Source: Mobula hypostoma (lineage: Eukaryota). Taken from it: 64,000 nucleotides of DNA. Below are positions 62,581-64,000 of the stretch, one piece after another. The notes below the pieces were generated by a model. That model did not search any database, was not told the origin of the DNA, and was given only the letters and a program-made list of their open reading frames with translations. Both the position numbers and the translations under genes were made by a program. The DNA lies in the NCBI RefSeq assembly GCF_963921235.1, contig NC_086109.1, forward strand, positions 992,001 through 1,056,000, written 5' to 3'. Positions within the stretch are counted from its first letter, which is position 1. Every line of letters starts with the position of its first letter.

Positions 62581-63827
62581 CAACAGGAATTCTGCAGATG
62601 CTGGAAATTCAAGCAACACACATCAAAGTTGCTGGTGAATGAAAGGATATATGGCTGTGATATCCTCCATCCACCTACCGTACATCTGCTCTCACTCCAT
62701 CCTCCCGCCCGTACATCTGCTCTCAGTCCTTCCTCCCGCCCGTACATCTGCTCTCACTCCATCCTCCCGCCCGTACATCTGCTCTCACTCCATCCTCCCG
62801 CCACCCCACTAGGAATAGGGTTCTCCTGGTCCTCACCTACCACCCCACCAGCCTCCGGGTCCAACATATTATTCTCCGTAACTTCCGCCACCTCCAATGG
62901 GATCCCACCACTAAGCACATCTTTCCCTCCCCACCCCTCTGCTTTCCGCAGGGATCGCTCCCTACGCGACTCCCTTGTCCATTTGTCCCCCCCATCCCTC
63001 CCCACTGATCTCCCTCCTGGCACTTATCCTTGTAAGCGGAACAAGTGCTACACATGCCCTTACACTTCCTCCCTTGCCACCATTCAGGGCTCCAGACAGT
63101 CCTTCCAGGTGAGGCGACACTTCACCTGTGAGTCGGCTGGGGTGATATACTGCGTCCGGTGCTCCCGATGTGGCCTTCTATATATTGGCGAGACCCAACG
63201 CAGACTGGGAGACCGCTTTGCTGAACACCTACGCTCTGTCCGCCAGAGAAAGCAGCATCTCCCAGTGGCCACACATTTTAATTCCACATCCCATTCCCAT
63301 TCTGACATGTCTATCCACGGCCTCCTCTACTGTAAAGATGAAGCCGCACTCAGGTTGGAGGAACAACACCTTATATTCCGTCTGGGTAGCCTCCAACCTG
63401 ATGGCATGAACATCGACTTCTCTAACTTCCACTAATGCCCCACCTCCTCCTCGTACCCCATCCGTTATTTATTTTTATACACACATTCTTTCTTTCACTC
63501 TCCTTTTTCTCCCTCTGTCCCTCTGACTATACCTCTTGCCCATCCTCTGGGTTCCTCCCCCCTTGTCTTTCTTCCCGGACCTCCTGTCCCATGATCCTCT
63601 CATATCCCTTTTGCCAATCACCTGTCCAGCTCTTGGCTCCATCCCTCCCCCTCCTGTCTTCTCCTATCATTTGGGATCTCCCCCTCCCCCTCCCACTTTC
63701 AAATCTCTTACTCACTCTTCCTTCAGTTAGTCCTGACGAAGGGTCTCGGCCTGAAACGTCGACTGTACCTCTTCCTAGAGATGCTGCCTGGCCTGCTGCG
63801 TTCACCAGCAACTTTGATGTGTATTGT
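62581..63827 (+). mobile_element. Young 5'-truncated Penelope-like element (Cys-rich linker, GIY-YIG endonuclease, pLTR) inserted in CR1
   Basis: Perfect 14-bp TSD AAGATGAGAGTGGA (62567-62580, 63828-63841); PCKRNKCYTCPY..GVIYCVRCSRCGLLYIGETQRRLGDRFAEH; short inverted pLTR piece at 62581-62639. Confidence 0.93.
63729..63764 (+). ncRNA. Minimal type I hammerhead ribozyme motif in pLTR
   Basis: AGTC-CTGACGA-AGGGTCTCGGCCT-GAAA-CGTC-GACT, intact. Confidence 0.82.
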
Positions 63828-64000
63828 AAGATGAGAGTGGATATAGAATCACTAGAAAATGAGACTGGAAAAATAATAATGGGGGACAAGGAGATGGCAG
63901 ATAAACTAATTGAGTATTTTGCATCAGCCTTTACTGTGGAAGATACTAACAGTGTGCCAGATGTTAAAGGGTGTGAGGGAAGAGAAGTGAGTGCAGTTAC

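Noticed and set aside
6000..64000. Exons of a neighbouring gene such as SDHC, which flanks MPZ in mammals
   Set aside because: I found no peptide similarity or credible exon. Very small exons cannot be excluded without alignment.

Overview
Eukaryotic vertebrate DNA, most likely a cartilaginous fish (ray or shark), inferred from the myelin P0 sequence and the repeat families. The only host gene I can support is myelin protein zero (MPZ/P0) on the minus strand. Coding exons 1-4 lie at 5528-5468, 2622-2456, 1533-1320 and 755-608 with canonical GT-AG junctions and continuous reading frame, and the remaining 3' exons fall off the left edge. The first ~10 kb also holds several minisatellite families. 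The other ~58 kb upstream of MPZ is almost all nested transposable elements: many CR1 LINEs, Rex1/L2-type LINEs, Penelope-like GIY-YIG elements, a Tc1 element, a solo LTR, a Gypsy fragment, tRNA-derived SINEs, two short RTE-like elements and a 6-bp-TSD hAT-like MITE. The most notable signals are (1) eight minimal hammerhead-ribozyme motifs in Penelope pseudo-LTRs, including two ~135-140 bp solo insertions, (2) a pseudoknot-capable 5' end on a short RTE-like element, (3) a 2.1-kb satellite of EGR-like motifs beside a SOX-motif island ~39 kb upstream of MPZ, and (4) an apparent locally frameshifted segment at the end of MPZ exon 4. Repeat boundaries are approximate unless a TSD is given. No database searches were run.
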